A stretch of DNA of 64,000 bases, from the NCBI RefSeq assembly GCF_016433145.1, contig NC_058135.1, positions 175,281,152 through 175,345,151 of the forward strand, written 5' to 3'. Of the stretch, positions 1 to 12,332 are shown piece by piece. Each line of letters opens with the position of its first letter. The stretch's first letter is position 1. A program made the position numbers and the translations under genes. The stretch comes from Gracilinanus agilis (taxonomy: Eukaryota). A model generated the notes under the pieces. That model saw only the letters and a list, made by a program, of their open reading frames with translations. It ran no database searches and was not told where the DNA came from.

Positions 1-679
1 TCATTGCAAAGAATCTAACCATCTAATTACATCCTCAAAAAATATCAGCACTGATGGCTATCAGATCTCACTGATGGCTCCTATCTTGCTAAAGTATAAA
101 TTTGTCTCCTGTCTTTTATCAGACAAACTACTATTTATCTAGGGTACTCATATCTTGTATCTGTCAAGTTGATATTTTAGATCCAAGTGTAGAGATTTAA
201 AGTTAGGAATATTAAAACTCATCTTAAGAGGATTTGACTTTTTCTTGACTGCCATGATCTCTTTGGAGCTTGACTCTTATCAACTGAGATGTTATATACA
301 AAGGTTACCCTTCATCTTTAGGTACTATGCAAAATTGAGAAGTGTGCCTTCTCTGTACGAAATCAAGTCAGTGGTAAAAATAATAAAAACTGCAAGACAC
401 AGAAAGTTGTCTGTGACTCTCCAGTTGGGAGGGCCATTTACATTGAGCCATAGATAGCTACTCTTTCCAATAATTTTGCCGGTTCTTTGCCACATCTCTA
501 AACTACCATTATGTTATTAGGGATTTGATTGTATTTTGGTGAAATGTCTATAATTTTCTTTTAACTTGAAGAAGCCATAACTATTAGTGATTACCACTTC
601 CTTTTCAGAACTAGAAGGCAACATCATGAACATTGGAGAGAAGAAATAAGGAATTAAAACCTGTGGCCTCAAATGTTAT

Positions 680-817
680 TTGTTGTTCTGCAGTTGTTTC
701 TAGTCAAGTCCAACTCTTCATCATCCATTTGTAGCTTTCTTGGCAAAGATACTGGAGTGGTTTGCCATTTCCTTCTCCATCTCACTTTACAGATGAGCAA
801 ACTTGAGGCAAGCAGGT
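680..817 (-). mobile_element. MAR1-type marsupial SINE 3' part
   Basis: ttcttggcaaagatactggagtggtttgccatttccttctcc tail followed by ttacagatgag.aaact.gaggc. Confidence 0.8.
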
Positions 818-3800
818 TTTGAAAAGGAGAAAAACGAGGAATTTAGGAAACAAGTCACTCAGGAATAGTGCCAGTTCTCTGGAAAGCTATTGGGGGCATC
901 ATCTCTCTCCTCTGTCATGGCTAGCTAGTTCAATAGATCTAGAAATAGATGAGAAATTTTTTTCCTTCCCCACCAACAGTAGACGTGGACTATTACTGTT
1001 TCTTATCATTTGATATCTAGAGGCCATGATATATCAGAGTAAAGGATGGGGTTTTTTTGTTTAAGATGAGGATATCTATGAATATACATATGAAAACAGG
1101 ACTGAACTAGAACTCTTATTGTGGCTTTTCCTGTGTGCACAGCCCTACTTTTGAGATTTCATTAAAAAAAAAAAAATCACTCACCAAGGAAAAAAACCAA
1201 CAAGCCTGACAATCTTGAGAACACTATCTTTTTAACTCTCTTTTCCCAGTAGAATCTAATGAACCAGTAGATTTTATTTTTACATTTCGATTAGTCAAGA
1301 AGTTCAAGTCTTAATCAGTGGATTACACATCCAAAAGTCAAGATAACATTATAAAGTCAACGAGAATTTGTGATCTGAATTCTAATTCATTTCTTAAATT
1401 TGATGTAAACTTTGACCTGGCACATATCAGAATGGAACATTTTCAGATCACTAACACACTGTTTTGAGAATATATTTAAAGGATAACAAGTGCTTTAGAA
1501 AATGAAAAGTTGGAAACTAGGAACATTCGTTGTTCTGTAACCCAAATTTCTGTGTGACTTCTTAATTTCAACTAATAAAAAATGGTATGATTCAGCACTA
1601 CTTAAATTTGGGGAGAAATTTTGGGAAGTGTTGTGTCTATTGAGGAGGGTACTGGACCATTTGAGCTAGGAGATAAGGGATGCAAAATCCAATGATGGCT
1701 TTTGTTATTAAGTAGTTTGTTATGATCTTGAGTAAGTCATTTGATTCCTCTTCACCTCCATTTCCTCATCTGTCAAAGAGTGATCACTCACATTAACAGG
1801 CTTAGATCTGGATAGGCTCTTAGCCTAGTCCAACAAATAAAGCAATTGTTTTCTAGAGAAATAGAATGACTTGCCCAAAATCATCTAGAAGATCCAGAAT
1901 TCAAACCTAAATCCATGGACCTTGCTATTACCTCATTGAGGAAATTACACAAACTATAAATGCTGAGCAAGTTTAAATCAGGGAATGATCAATGGTAGGA
2001 GGTTTATCAGAAACAGCTTCTAGGAAGAATTTTGGAAAGACAGTTGTCTCTTTAGTAGTTCCCCCAATGGTCACATTTCTTTCCCTTCCATATCTATTTT
2101 CCTGTCCTAGTTCATACCCTTAAAAAAATGTTCTTTCCATGAAATTTAATTTTTAAAAAATACTTTCTTCCCTTATCTTCAAACTTCTCTTTACCTATTA
2201 CTATGTCAACATCTTGTCTACCCCTGACCTTTTGTCTCTACCCCTCAGTAGAAAGTAAGCTAAATTAGGGATACCTAGGAAGCACAATGGATAGAGTCAG
2301 GAGGAACCAGAGTTCAAATCTGGTCTCCTAGCTGTGTGACTCTGGACAAGTTATTTAACTTCAATACCTTAGCCCTTGTTGTTCTTCTGTCTTAGAAATG
2401 ATACTAAAACTAAAGGTGGATTTGGGGGGGATTGCTCTTTTTAAAAAAAAATGAAATAAGCTGATTCAGGGAAAGGATTATTTCAATTTTATCTTAGCAA
2501 CGCCAGCTAAGCCTAGGACCTTGCACATAGCAGGAATTTAATTAACACTTATTCAATCGAATTTGAAAGGAACATTTTATATTAAAAGATTGGATCCTTT
2601 TTTCAAGCTTCACTGTATAAATAGCTCCTCATACAACCTAGTATTCTTGTCATCATGTCTCTGACACAAACTAGCTGTGTGACCTAAAGCAAGTTATTTA
2701 GCTTTGTAACCTCAATTTCCTTATTTGTCTGAGTGTTGATGTTATCTGCCCTGCCTGTCCACAGGAGAAAGACTCAGATGGATTTTCTCAGCAAGATAGT
2801 TACTCTTATTCTGCTTTCTACTTTTTCATGTTTTATGTATGAGGAGTTTAACTCAAATGAATCTGTGATGGCATCATTTTGGACATTCCCTTCAGGAATA
2901 TAAGTTTGCAACTTTTCCATACCTGCTGGTTTTTTTACCCATGTCCTTTCCCATCCCTTCAACACAAGGGGTCTACCTAATGCCATTTTCTCCTCGTGTC
3001 ACAGATACTATTGGACCACTTGGTCTTTCTGTCTACCTTTTATTCCTTCCTTGCCTATCTCTTGTGACTACATCCTCTTCTCTTTTGGCTTTAAGTTTCC
3101 CTGATGACTTCTTTTCTTCTTCAGAGTTCCTTATTTGATCTATGTTGCAACCTGTTTCTACAAAATACACTCTTCTCTATGGGCCCTATTCTTGGGTCAG
3201 ACTCATGTTCGGTTTCTGTGGTGAATATTGGGTTCCATTCCTCATAGTCATGTAACAACTCTAGTAGGATATGAATATTTAATAGTGAGCCTTTGTTTTA
3301 GGGAGAAGTCTTGGGTCATTAAAGGAGCTTTATCATTTCGTAAAGGCATTCTAGTTTGCCCTCTTCCCGCTTATTTAATTCTGGGTACCAATTGTCCATT
3401 TGTATTGCATAAGCCGTATCATGATAGACCAGTAATAAAGGTTCTTTGGACAGAGAGCCAATTGTATATTATAAAATGGGTAATAGATAATTCTTGATCT
3501 GATTGGATTTTTCTGGGTAGACAAACTCACTATTTTGGATGCCATCAGCTTTGTCAATCTCTTTATTCTTCTCTTTAGTTCCATCACTACCTTTTTTCAT
3601 AAATACATTTGAGATTATAATGGTAAAGTCTCAGGGTGGTGGCATTACAGTCCTTCTTAGTAGCCTATGGGGAAAAGCATTTATATAATGTCTCCCATGT
3701 GCCTGGCACTGTGCTAAGCATGTCACAAAATACTATCTTATTTTATCTTAATTTCGTTTGAAAGCAATCCATTATAGACATCTTTTTAGATATTTTTCTT

Positions 3801-4099
3801 CTGCTGGTTGTCACCTTTCCATTTTTATTGGCAGCTGCCCTCAATAGCATGATGTGATTTGAAAATCACTCACCAAGGTTTCCTTAAATTGGGTTTATCT
3901 TATACTATATCTCTCTACTTTATGAAATAAAAATATTGATTATAGCTTCCCATCATCTTCTCCCTAAAATTTTACAAACAAATGTATATTCTTAATCAAT
4001 ATAGCCATTGGGAGCCATCTCTTTCTACTAAGTAAGTAATATGTTAATTGACTAAGGTGCCAATCAGCTTATCGTTCTCCTAGTTATGGTAATTGCTTG

Positions 4100-5003
4100 A
4101 TATCCTTAATGTCCCTGTTTTGCCACATCCTCTCCAACATTTATTACTTTCCCTTGCTGTTATTCAACAATCTGCTTGGTATGAGGTGGTACCTCAAGAG
4201 TTGTTTTGATTTGTATTTTTCTAATTATAAGAGATTTAGAACACTTTTTCATGTGCTTAATGATAGTTTTGATTTCTTTATCTGAAAATTGCCTATTCAT
4301 GTCCCTTGTACTTTTTCAATTGGACACTAGCTTGATTTTTTTTGTACAATTGATTTAGCTCCTTATATATTTGAGTAATTAGACCTTTGTCAGAGATTTT
4401 TGTTATGAAGATTTTTTCCTCAATTAGTTGCTTCCCTTCTAATTTTGGTTGCATTGGTTTTGTTTGTACAAAACCTTTTTAATTTAATGTAATCAAAATT
4501 ATTTATTTTACATTTTGTAATTTTTTCTAACTCTTGCTTGGTCTTGAAATCTTTCCTTTCCCAAAGATCTGACAAGTATACTATTCTGTGTTCACCTAAT
4601 TTACTTATAGTTTCCTCCTTTATATTCAAGTCATTCACACATTCTTGGTGTAGGGTGTGAGATGTTGATCTAAACCTAATCTCTCCTATACTGTTTTCCA
4701 ATTTTCCCAGCAGTTTTTGTCAAATAGTGGGTTTTTGTCCCCAAAGCTAGGATCTTTGGGTTTATCATACACTGTCTTGCTGAGGTTATTTACTCCAAGT
4801 CTATTCCACAGATCTAGGCCACCTTCCTTCACTTTTTTTTTTCATTATTTCCTTAATATTTTTAATCTTTTGTTATAATGAACTTTGTTATAGTTTTTTC
4901 TAATTCAGTAAAAAAGTTTCTTGGTAGTTTGATAGGTATAGCACTGAATAAGTAAGATTAATTTGAGTAGGATTGTCATTTTTATTATGTTAGCTTGTCC
5001 TAC
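4100..5003 (-). mobile_element. LINE-1 ORF2 3' fragment, internally deleted
   Basis: Minus-strand ORF 4420..4701 reads DLNIKEETISKLGEHRIVYLSDLWERKDFKTKQELEKITKCKINNFDYIKLKRFCTNK, typical of the L1 ORF2 C-terminal region. Confidence 0.9.
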
Positions 5004-5242
5004 CCTTAAAACTCATGTGAGATTATTATAGTTAAGTGTTACTGGCTCCCCCTCCTCCCACCTGATTATCCAGTTTTCATTAACAGCAGTTGTTTGAATA
5101 GGCCAGGATTGAGCCAATTGCATGCCACATTTTTGCCCATTTTTATTTTTCTAGTTTTGAATTATTTTCATGTTTATCCTAACTATTTGATAGTGTGACT
5201 GTATCTAGAAAACTGATTGTTTTGTCATTGTCAGTGGCTCTC

Positions 5243-5510
5243 ACAGCAGCTAGGTGGCTTAATGGATAAAGTGCCAAATCCAGAATCATAAGGAACTGTG
5301 ATCAAATGCTATCTCACATACTTAATAGCTATGTGACCCTGGGCAAGTCCTTTCACCTCTGTTTGCTTCAGTTTCCTCAACTGTGAAATGAAGTTAATAA
5401 TAGCACCTACATTGCAGGGTTGTTGTGAGGATCCAATAAGATAACAATTGTAAAGCAAGCTTAGCACAGGACCTGACACATAGTAAGCCCTATAAGAATG
5501 TTAGATATCA
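5243..5510 (+). mobile_element. Near full-length MIR-type CORE-SINE
   Basis: tRNA-like head (cagctaggtggc...gatcaaat), CORE gctatgtgaccctgggcaagtc...cagtttcctcaactgtgaaatg, L2-like tail cttagcacagga.ctgacacatagtaagc. Confidence 0.85.
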
Positions 5511-5578
5511 CTATTAATCAATTTTATTTTTTTATTGTCTCTCAGTGGTCACCATGTCCAGTACCTTCTGATTCTTTT

Positions 5579-5778
5579 TTTTTTTTTTAAACCCTTACCT
5601 TCCATCTTACAATCAATATTCACTGTTGGTTCCAAGACAGAAGAGCTGTAAGGGCTAGGCAATCAGAGTTAAGTGACTTGCCCAGGGTCAACAAGCTAGG
5701 AAGTATATGAAGAGATTTGAACTCAAGGTCCTCCTGACTCCAGACCTGGCACTCTATCCATTGTACCACCTACATTCC
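5579..5778 (-). mobile_element. SINE1_Mdo-type SINE
   Basis: Reverse of head/CORE/gcctagcccttac tail; TSD CTGA(T/C)TCTTTT at 5568-5578 and 5779-5789. Confidence 0.85.
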
Positions 5779-7449
5779 CTGACTCTTTTCTAGGATGATG
5801 CATTGCTAATAAAGAACCATGAGACTTCTGTGTTTGGTGACCCTCTCTTTTTTATATTGGAAATTAGTGAATCAAGAATAAGATAAAAAATATATACTGG
5901 ATCAAAAATGTTTTTCCATCAAATCCTTCTATTCTTTGAGTTTACCAAGTATCAAAGACATTCTGATTTAATTTGGTGATATATTGGTGCTTAATTGGCA
6001 GTTTTTTCATGATGTGCTTTTGCAAGTATTTAACGCAAGTACTACAAAATGGAATAGTCTAATTGTCAGTAAAATGGTCTTTCTTGTTGCCCTTGGGCAT
6101 AAAATAAAACCAGCTCCACCAATTTCTTTATTTGCTTCTCCAAAAATGAGTCATCCTATTTAACTATAGCTTCCTTATTTGTACTCATTTTGTTCATATC
6201 AAAAATGTCGAGACTGATCTAACTCGACTCATCCAATAGTATATCTATGGGTCATTGGAGTTCGATGAGGATCTTACATTTAGAATACAGTCAACCACAT
6301 AGTTTATGGATGGTTTAAAAATTGTGTAACTGAGCTCCCAATTCTCTCTCTCTCTTACCACTCATCTGTCAGATCACCGCAGAATCAGAAGGCAAAGAGA
6401 CGAGGGCAATTTTTATGTTTTTATTTGTCTCCTGGGTTGTCATTACAAAGTGGCCAGTTTTTTTTTTTATATGTAGCAAAACTGGTTCTTTGAAGCAGAC
6501 AATTTTTGCTCCTGGAACTGGACTCAAAACCTTTACAACAAGATAGTAGCTACAAGAATTTATTTGTAGAATTACTATAGCCCTGAGTCACCTCAGGGCT
6601 ACAATAAGTTTTGGAGAAGGACTTTGTACAAATGGGAGTGGGTTGATCTTTGAAAAATTCCTAAATGGCGAAACCAAAAAAGAAACATCTCATTTGAAGC
6701 TCAGTTTTTTCCATTTTTTTTAATTCTTAGAAATCAAACTCCAAATTTACTTGTTGATGTATTTATTAAAATAATCTTAAGTAGTTCATCTTTTAATCAC
6801 CTTTGCCTATCTTTAATTTATATCAGCAATATTAAAAGAAAAATATACAAATCAAATTGCTTAAAATTTCTTCCCTCATTAGCTCCTCTAGTTTTTACTC
6901 CAAAGGGGAACCGTGAAAACTTTGTTAAAAGATGGTTATGTTGCTTTTTTATTTCATTTTCCAAGACCATTTCTGCACTGCCAGTTGTCTTCTCTTCTAG
7001 CCTGACTGGTAATTCTGAACTCATCATCATAGTGAAGCCTTAGGTAAGGAAGCCAAGTTATTAAGCAGGTGGTTTCCCAACAGACAAGCAAGCAAAAGAG
7101 GAAGAGTTGGTGGGAACCGACAGCTCTGGTAACCAGGAGACAGAGTTGATCTAGCTCCAGGAAGCTTTTGATGTAAACATGCTTAATGAAAGCACCTAGG
7201 AGAAAAGAATGGTAGATAACATTTTAGGCTATATCCAGAAGGCAGTTTTGTTATGGTCCAAGCTATTTTTCAAGTGTGAAAACAACCAGACTTCATTTCT
7301 TCTGTTAATCATACTGAAATTTAGCTCTACGTCATTAGAAACTTGGCCGTAGAAAAATTAGCACAAATAGAATAAAGTATGTATTTTCACCTAAATCATT
7401 GCATAAAAAATAAATCACAGCTAATGTTGGATAAGAAAGAACCAAACTA

Positions 7450-7635
7450 GAGCAGCCTTAGTAGATAGGGAACATGGCTTGGAGACAGGAGGTCCTGGGT
7501 TCAAATTTGGCTCCAGATACTTGCTAGCTATATGACCCTGGGCAAGTCACTTAACTCTAATTGCCCAACCCTTACTGCTTTTCTGCCTTGGTATTAATAC
7601 TTATCCTAGATTCTAGGACAAAGAGAGAGAAAGGC
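7450..7635 (+). mobile_element. SINE1_Mdo-type SINE; further decayed copies at about 2268-2430 (+), 13917-14070 (+), 19560-19752 (-), 37960-38190 (-), 39945-40085 (+), 48535-48725 (+), 57290-57472 (-), 58918-59110 (+), 59565-59765 (+)
   Basis: ggaggtcctgggttcaaat (B box), gaccctgggcaagtcacttaac, cccttactgctttctgccttgg tail. Confidence 0.8.
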
Positions 7636-10600
7636 AAAACCAGATTAACCCTAGCTCTCTGGACAAATTGGTTTCCATCATGGTAGTCCTAGTTCTGAGA
7701 AACAGTGCAGGCTATTTTGTATTGATGTGGATTATTTACATTGGTTTTACTGAATCCATAGAAAGTTGTGTACTGCTTAGAGTGTGGCCTTTATAAAAAA
7801 TGTGAACTTCTATTCTTCAGTTGCATATCTGTGGAACTTAAGAAGTGTTATGATCCACGAGCCTTCCTGAGCTAAAAATATTTCCAGCAGCTTTCTTATC
7901 TATTTTCTTGTTTGTAAATGGCCAGAGTCCTTTATCGTCCTCTCTCTATTTGTTGTTAGTAACGATGGCTGTACAAACACTTCTGTCAGTTGTGGGATTC
8001 ACTAGATTAATTAGTCTCTAAAATGGCTGTCTACTTCCCTCAACCATTTGACTGGATGTCTAAAAGAAATCAAGTGGTAGTCCTAGTTAGGAATAGACTC
8101 TGGGACAAATTAGAATTCTGAAATGAAGATCAAGCCAGAGAGAAGTGGTGGAGTTCCTGGGTATCTGTTTTTTGAAGGCATTTGGAATGTTGAATTGAGA
8201 TGCAGTAAGAAGAAGGGCAAGATCTCTTAAAATAACATTTTAGAACAGCCTAGTGACTTTTGGGAAAAGTTTTTTGACCAGTTAGTATAGTTTTATTTGT
8301 CCATAAACAGAAGGAAATAGTGTAGAGTTGCGGTTAAGGCATTGTACTTGGGAGTGAGAAAGACGGGGGTTCAAAGACTTGAAGAAATTCAGATGAAAAT
8401 CAGACTACTTCAGACGTTTCCTCCTTGTGTGGCCTTAGACAAATCACTTAGCTTTTCTACGTCTCCACCTCTTTATTAGAGGTTGGACTCAGAGGCCTTG
8501 AAGGTACCTTCCAATTCTAAATCTCTGATCCTGTTCCTAATTTTTAGTCACATAATACCTCATACTTTTGTATTACACCTTGGATTTCATTGTTGTAAGG
8601 AAGGGACTCCTTCTACCTGTTCAGATCTGCTGCTGGAGTTAGTTGTAGGAAACTGGAAATGTTTTGTGACTCACTCATAGATGCTCAGCCTTTTTGCGTT
8701 AAACTACCTCTCATCTCATTCGAGGTTGGAGCCAAAAGATTGAAAATCCATTGAAAAGTCTACATTTATAAAATTCAATAGCAAAACAACTCTGAGAAGA
8801 CACTAAAATCTTTGTAAGTTTATCATTCTAGGGTACCCGTTACCATGGGTAAATGCAGAGATACTAAATAAAAAATAAGTAAGGAATAGGCATAACCAAG
8901 GAAAGAGGAGAAAAAGCAAGTAGAAGAACAACAGGGAGACAGGAGAAAGGGGGTAAAGCTGAAGAACCAACTTTTCATTTGCCTTATTTCTCCCAAAGTT
9001 CTAGTTCAGATGTGAGAAAGTACAAGGAGTTACTAATCCAGGGGAAATTGCTCATTTCAATCATAGCACTTGGACACCAGTTTAGTTTTGGGTTGATTCA
9101 ACTATTATAGCCAAGATCCAAGTGACCATCCTTTATTAAAAAAGATTAACTTACTGAATTACTCTTTAGGAATAGTAGGTAGGATCAGCACATTAGATAC
9201 CTTTAAAGTGCTATTTACCATAATGACTGTCCCCTGATTATATCCCAGTTTTCTTCTAGCCATGAAAACTTGGGAAATTAATTTAAATTTAATTGCACTG
9301 AGCCTCAGTTTCCTCTACTGCACAAGGGGGATAATAATCATTGCATTACTATTACTAGTAAATTTTGCAGTAAAAATTACTAGTAAAACCTTTTTAATAT
9401 TGTAAAGCATTACTTAAATGTGAGGCATTATTGTTATTACCACTTATTGCAAGAATAATAATAATAAAGAGCTCACCTTTATATAACATTTTAAGATTTA
9501 CAAAGCACTTTACATGGGCTATTTTATTTCATCCTCACATCCTCACCTTGTGAACTGATGATGTTTTACTGATTTGGAAACCAAGGTAAAAAAAAAAATT
9601 GCCCTGGGTCACACAACTAAGAAATATCTGAGATCAAATTTGAACCCAGGACCTCCTATCTCTAGGGCTAGCTCTATCCACTGAGCCACCACGTTGCCCC
9701 TCCCCAATCCCATTAAATATTAATAGTCTTTACTAAAGTCATGAGCTTTTCAAATAGGAAAACAGAGAGAATAAAAAAGAGGAGAAAAAAAATGATTCCT
9801 CACTAATATGCAAGGGATAATGATCCCTTGAATAGTTAATCTTTGGTTATATTTAAAAAGAGGACAGAGGCAGATCATTATAATTCTTTTACCCATGGAT
9901 TATCCTAATTTAGTGACTGAGAACTAAGCATTAGAAAACTGTCCATGTCTTTTAATAGTCATTTGTTAAGTCTGTCTCTATGAGTTGCCTGTGGTCATAC
10001 AGACGCACTGTTAGATAATACTTAAAACATGTCTATTTCTATCATGTCCAGATAGTAGGTACATTGCAAAGCAGGTGTAGTGAAGTGTATTATCAAACTG
10101 AAAAAAAAGAAGAGAAAACATCGGTCTCCAGCTAGTTTATGATCATTATAAATGATAAGAAATTGAACTGAGAAGAAAAAATTTTTAAATTAGTTAATTT
10201 ATTTAGAGTATTTTCTGTGGTTACCTCATTCATGTTCTTTCCCTTCCCTCCTCCTGCCTGGAGCGGATGAGCAATTCCACTGGGTTATGTGTGTATCACT
10301 GATTAAAACCTATTTCCATATTATTAATATTTGCAATAGAGTGATCATTTAAAGCCAAAATCCCCAATCATGTACCCATTGAACCATGTGATCAATCATA
10401 TGTTTTTCTTCTGCATTTCTACTCCCACAGTTCTTTCTCTTGATGTGAATAGCATCTTTCTGAGAAGAAAATTTGTGAGTTTATTCTACCATTTTCTTTG
10501 TGAAAGAAAAGCACATTGTTTTATGCCTGTTGAGTCCAATTTATCTCATATTATACATCATAATAGGGAAATTTTTTCTAGCACATTTCAAGTACCATTT

Positions 10601-12065
10601 AAAAGGAAGTAAAAAATGATTGCCTTTTTAAAAGCACCTAATGTGACTTTTCCATATTAAGGCACATTTTACTTTTTTTCCCCCTGGTTACCAAGCCCTG
10701 GAAAGGTTCCATTTATAATACATTTTTTTGAAAAGATGTCTGTCTACTTCATGGTAAATATTGTCTCAGATTCAGATTGGTAAGTAATAATCTAATAGGA
10801 TGCATCAAGCTCATCATTTTGTTAGCAAATAATGCTGATCACAGAACTCTGCCCATACCTTACCCTCCCCCTACAAAATACCCATATTCTCTCTCATCCC
10901 CAGGCCCCTGGCAAGCCCTTCTTTTTCCATTTGATGCCTGCTGTTGTACCTAGGTTTTTACATAAAAGGATTAAATTATTCTCTGCCGAAAGCTTTCTAA
11001 CTTCTGCCATTTTTTATTGCGTAGCAGAATGGATTCATTCCTTTCATTCAGTATGCAATAACAGCCTCAATGTCTCCCTGCAAAGAACAAAAATCGATAA
11101 AAGAAGTATAACAAAGAGAAAATAGTTTTAGCTTTTTTTTTTTTTTTTGAGTCAGAGTAAATGTTACACTGGAAACTTATGTTGCCTTTAAACCATCTCC
11201 TAGTGTTTTCACTTCCTTTTTAGATTCTCACCAAAAACATCCTATAAATAGTTATATTTTTAAATATGGCTGCAGAATTTTAAAATGGCTCTACTTTTAA
11301 AATACCCTTATACCAGCTTAGGCACCAATGCAAGGATGTCATGGATGAGTTCCCAGGTGAGTTCCCACCTGATATATGGCATTAGTAACTTTTTTTTTTT
11401 TAAAGTAAATATGATACAAAGAAATCTTGCTAAACAGGATCTGGTTTTTTCTCTGTGGTGGTAGGTGTCCTTTCATAGTCACAATTGAATTCCAGAGTTA
11501 GGATGAACCTAGCAATCTTAACAAAACTGGGAAGTAACGCCTAAAATGGAAGGTAATGTATCATTTGTCATTCAAGCCTTTGGTTTCAGAGCAGGCACTG
11601 TGGCATTCCATTTCATAAGCAGACATGTGATACTCCTTACACGTTAATATTGCAAAATACATACTATACATAGTGTGTAATTAATATGTACTGCTAGTTT
11701 AAATCTTGGCATTGGCATATATGTAGCTTGAAATTCATATGATTACACATTTGTTCCTAAAAAGGGCTTGAGATGTTGGCAGCTTCAGATTCCCCATCTG
11801 TAAAATGGATATAATACCTGAAATTTTTAGGATTAAGCAACATCCTCTATCAAGATTGTAAAAGACTTGATGGTTTGATAATGATTTATTATTGTTGTTA
11901 ATCATTAAATCTATATAAAATACCTTAAGTTCCTCTTAGTCTCATCCCTTCCTAGACCCTCTTTCTTTTTAGAATAAAGGAAAAATGTATCCCTCCTCTC
12001 TTCCATTCCTCCAGTAATTTAGTATCAAAATGAGCATAGAGCAGGGGCTCTCAACTTCAATCCAT

Positions 12066-12332
12066 TGTTGTGGTGGTGGTGGTGGTGGTGTCATTTTCAG
12101 TTATATCTGACTGTTCATGACCCCATTTAGGATTTTCTTGGCAAAGATACTGCAGTGGTTTGCCGCTTCCTTCTCTAGCTCATTTTACAGATGAGGAAAC
12201 TGAGGCTAATAGGACTAATTAACTTGCCCAGGTTCATAGAGTTAGCAAGTGTCTTAGGTCACATTTGAACTGAGGAAGATGAGTCTTCCTGACTCGTCAT
12301 GGCACTCTATCCCCTTGTGCTACCAAGCTTCC
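12066..12332 (-). mobile_element. MAR1-type SINE with (GGT)n tail, nested in a hAT MITE
   Basis: Same ttcttggcaaagatactg tail, CORE and head. Confidence 0.8.
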
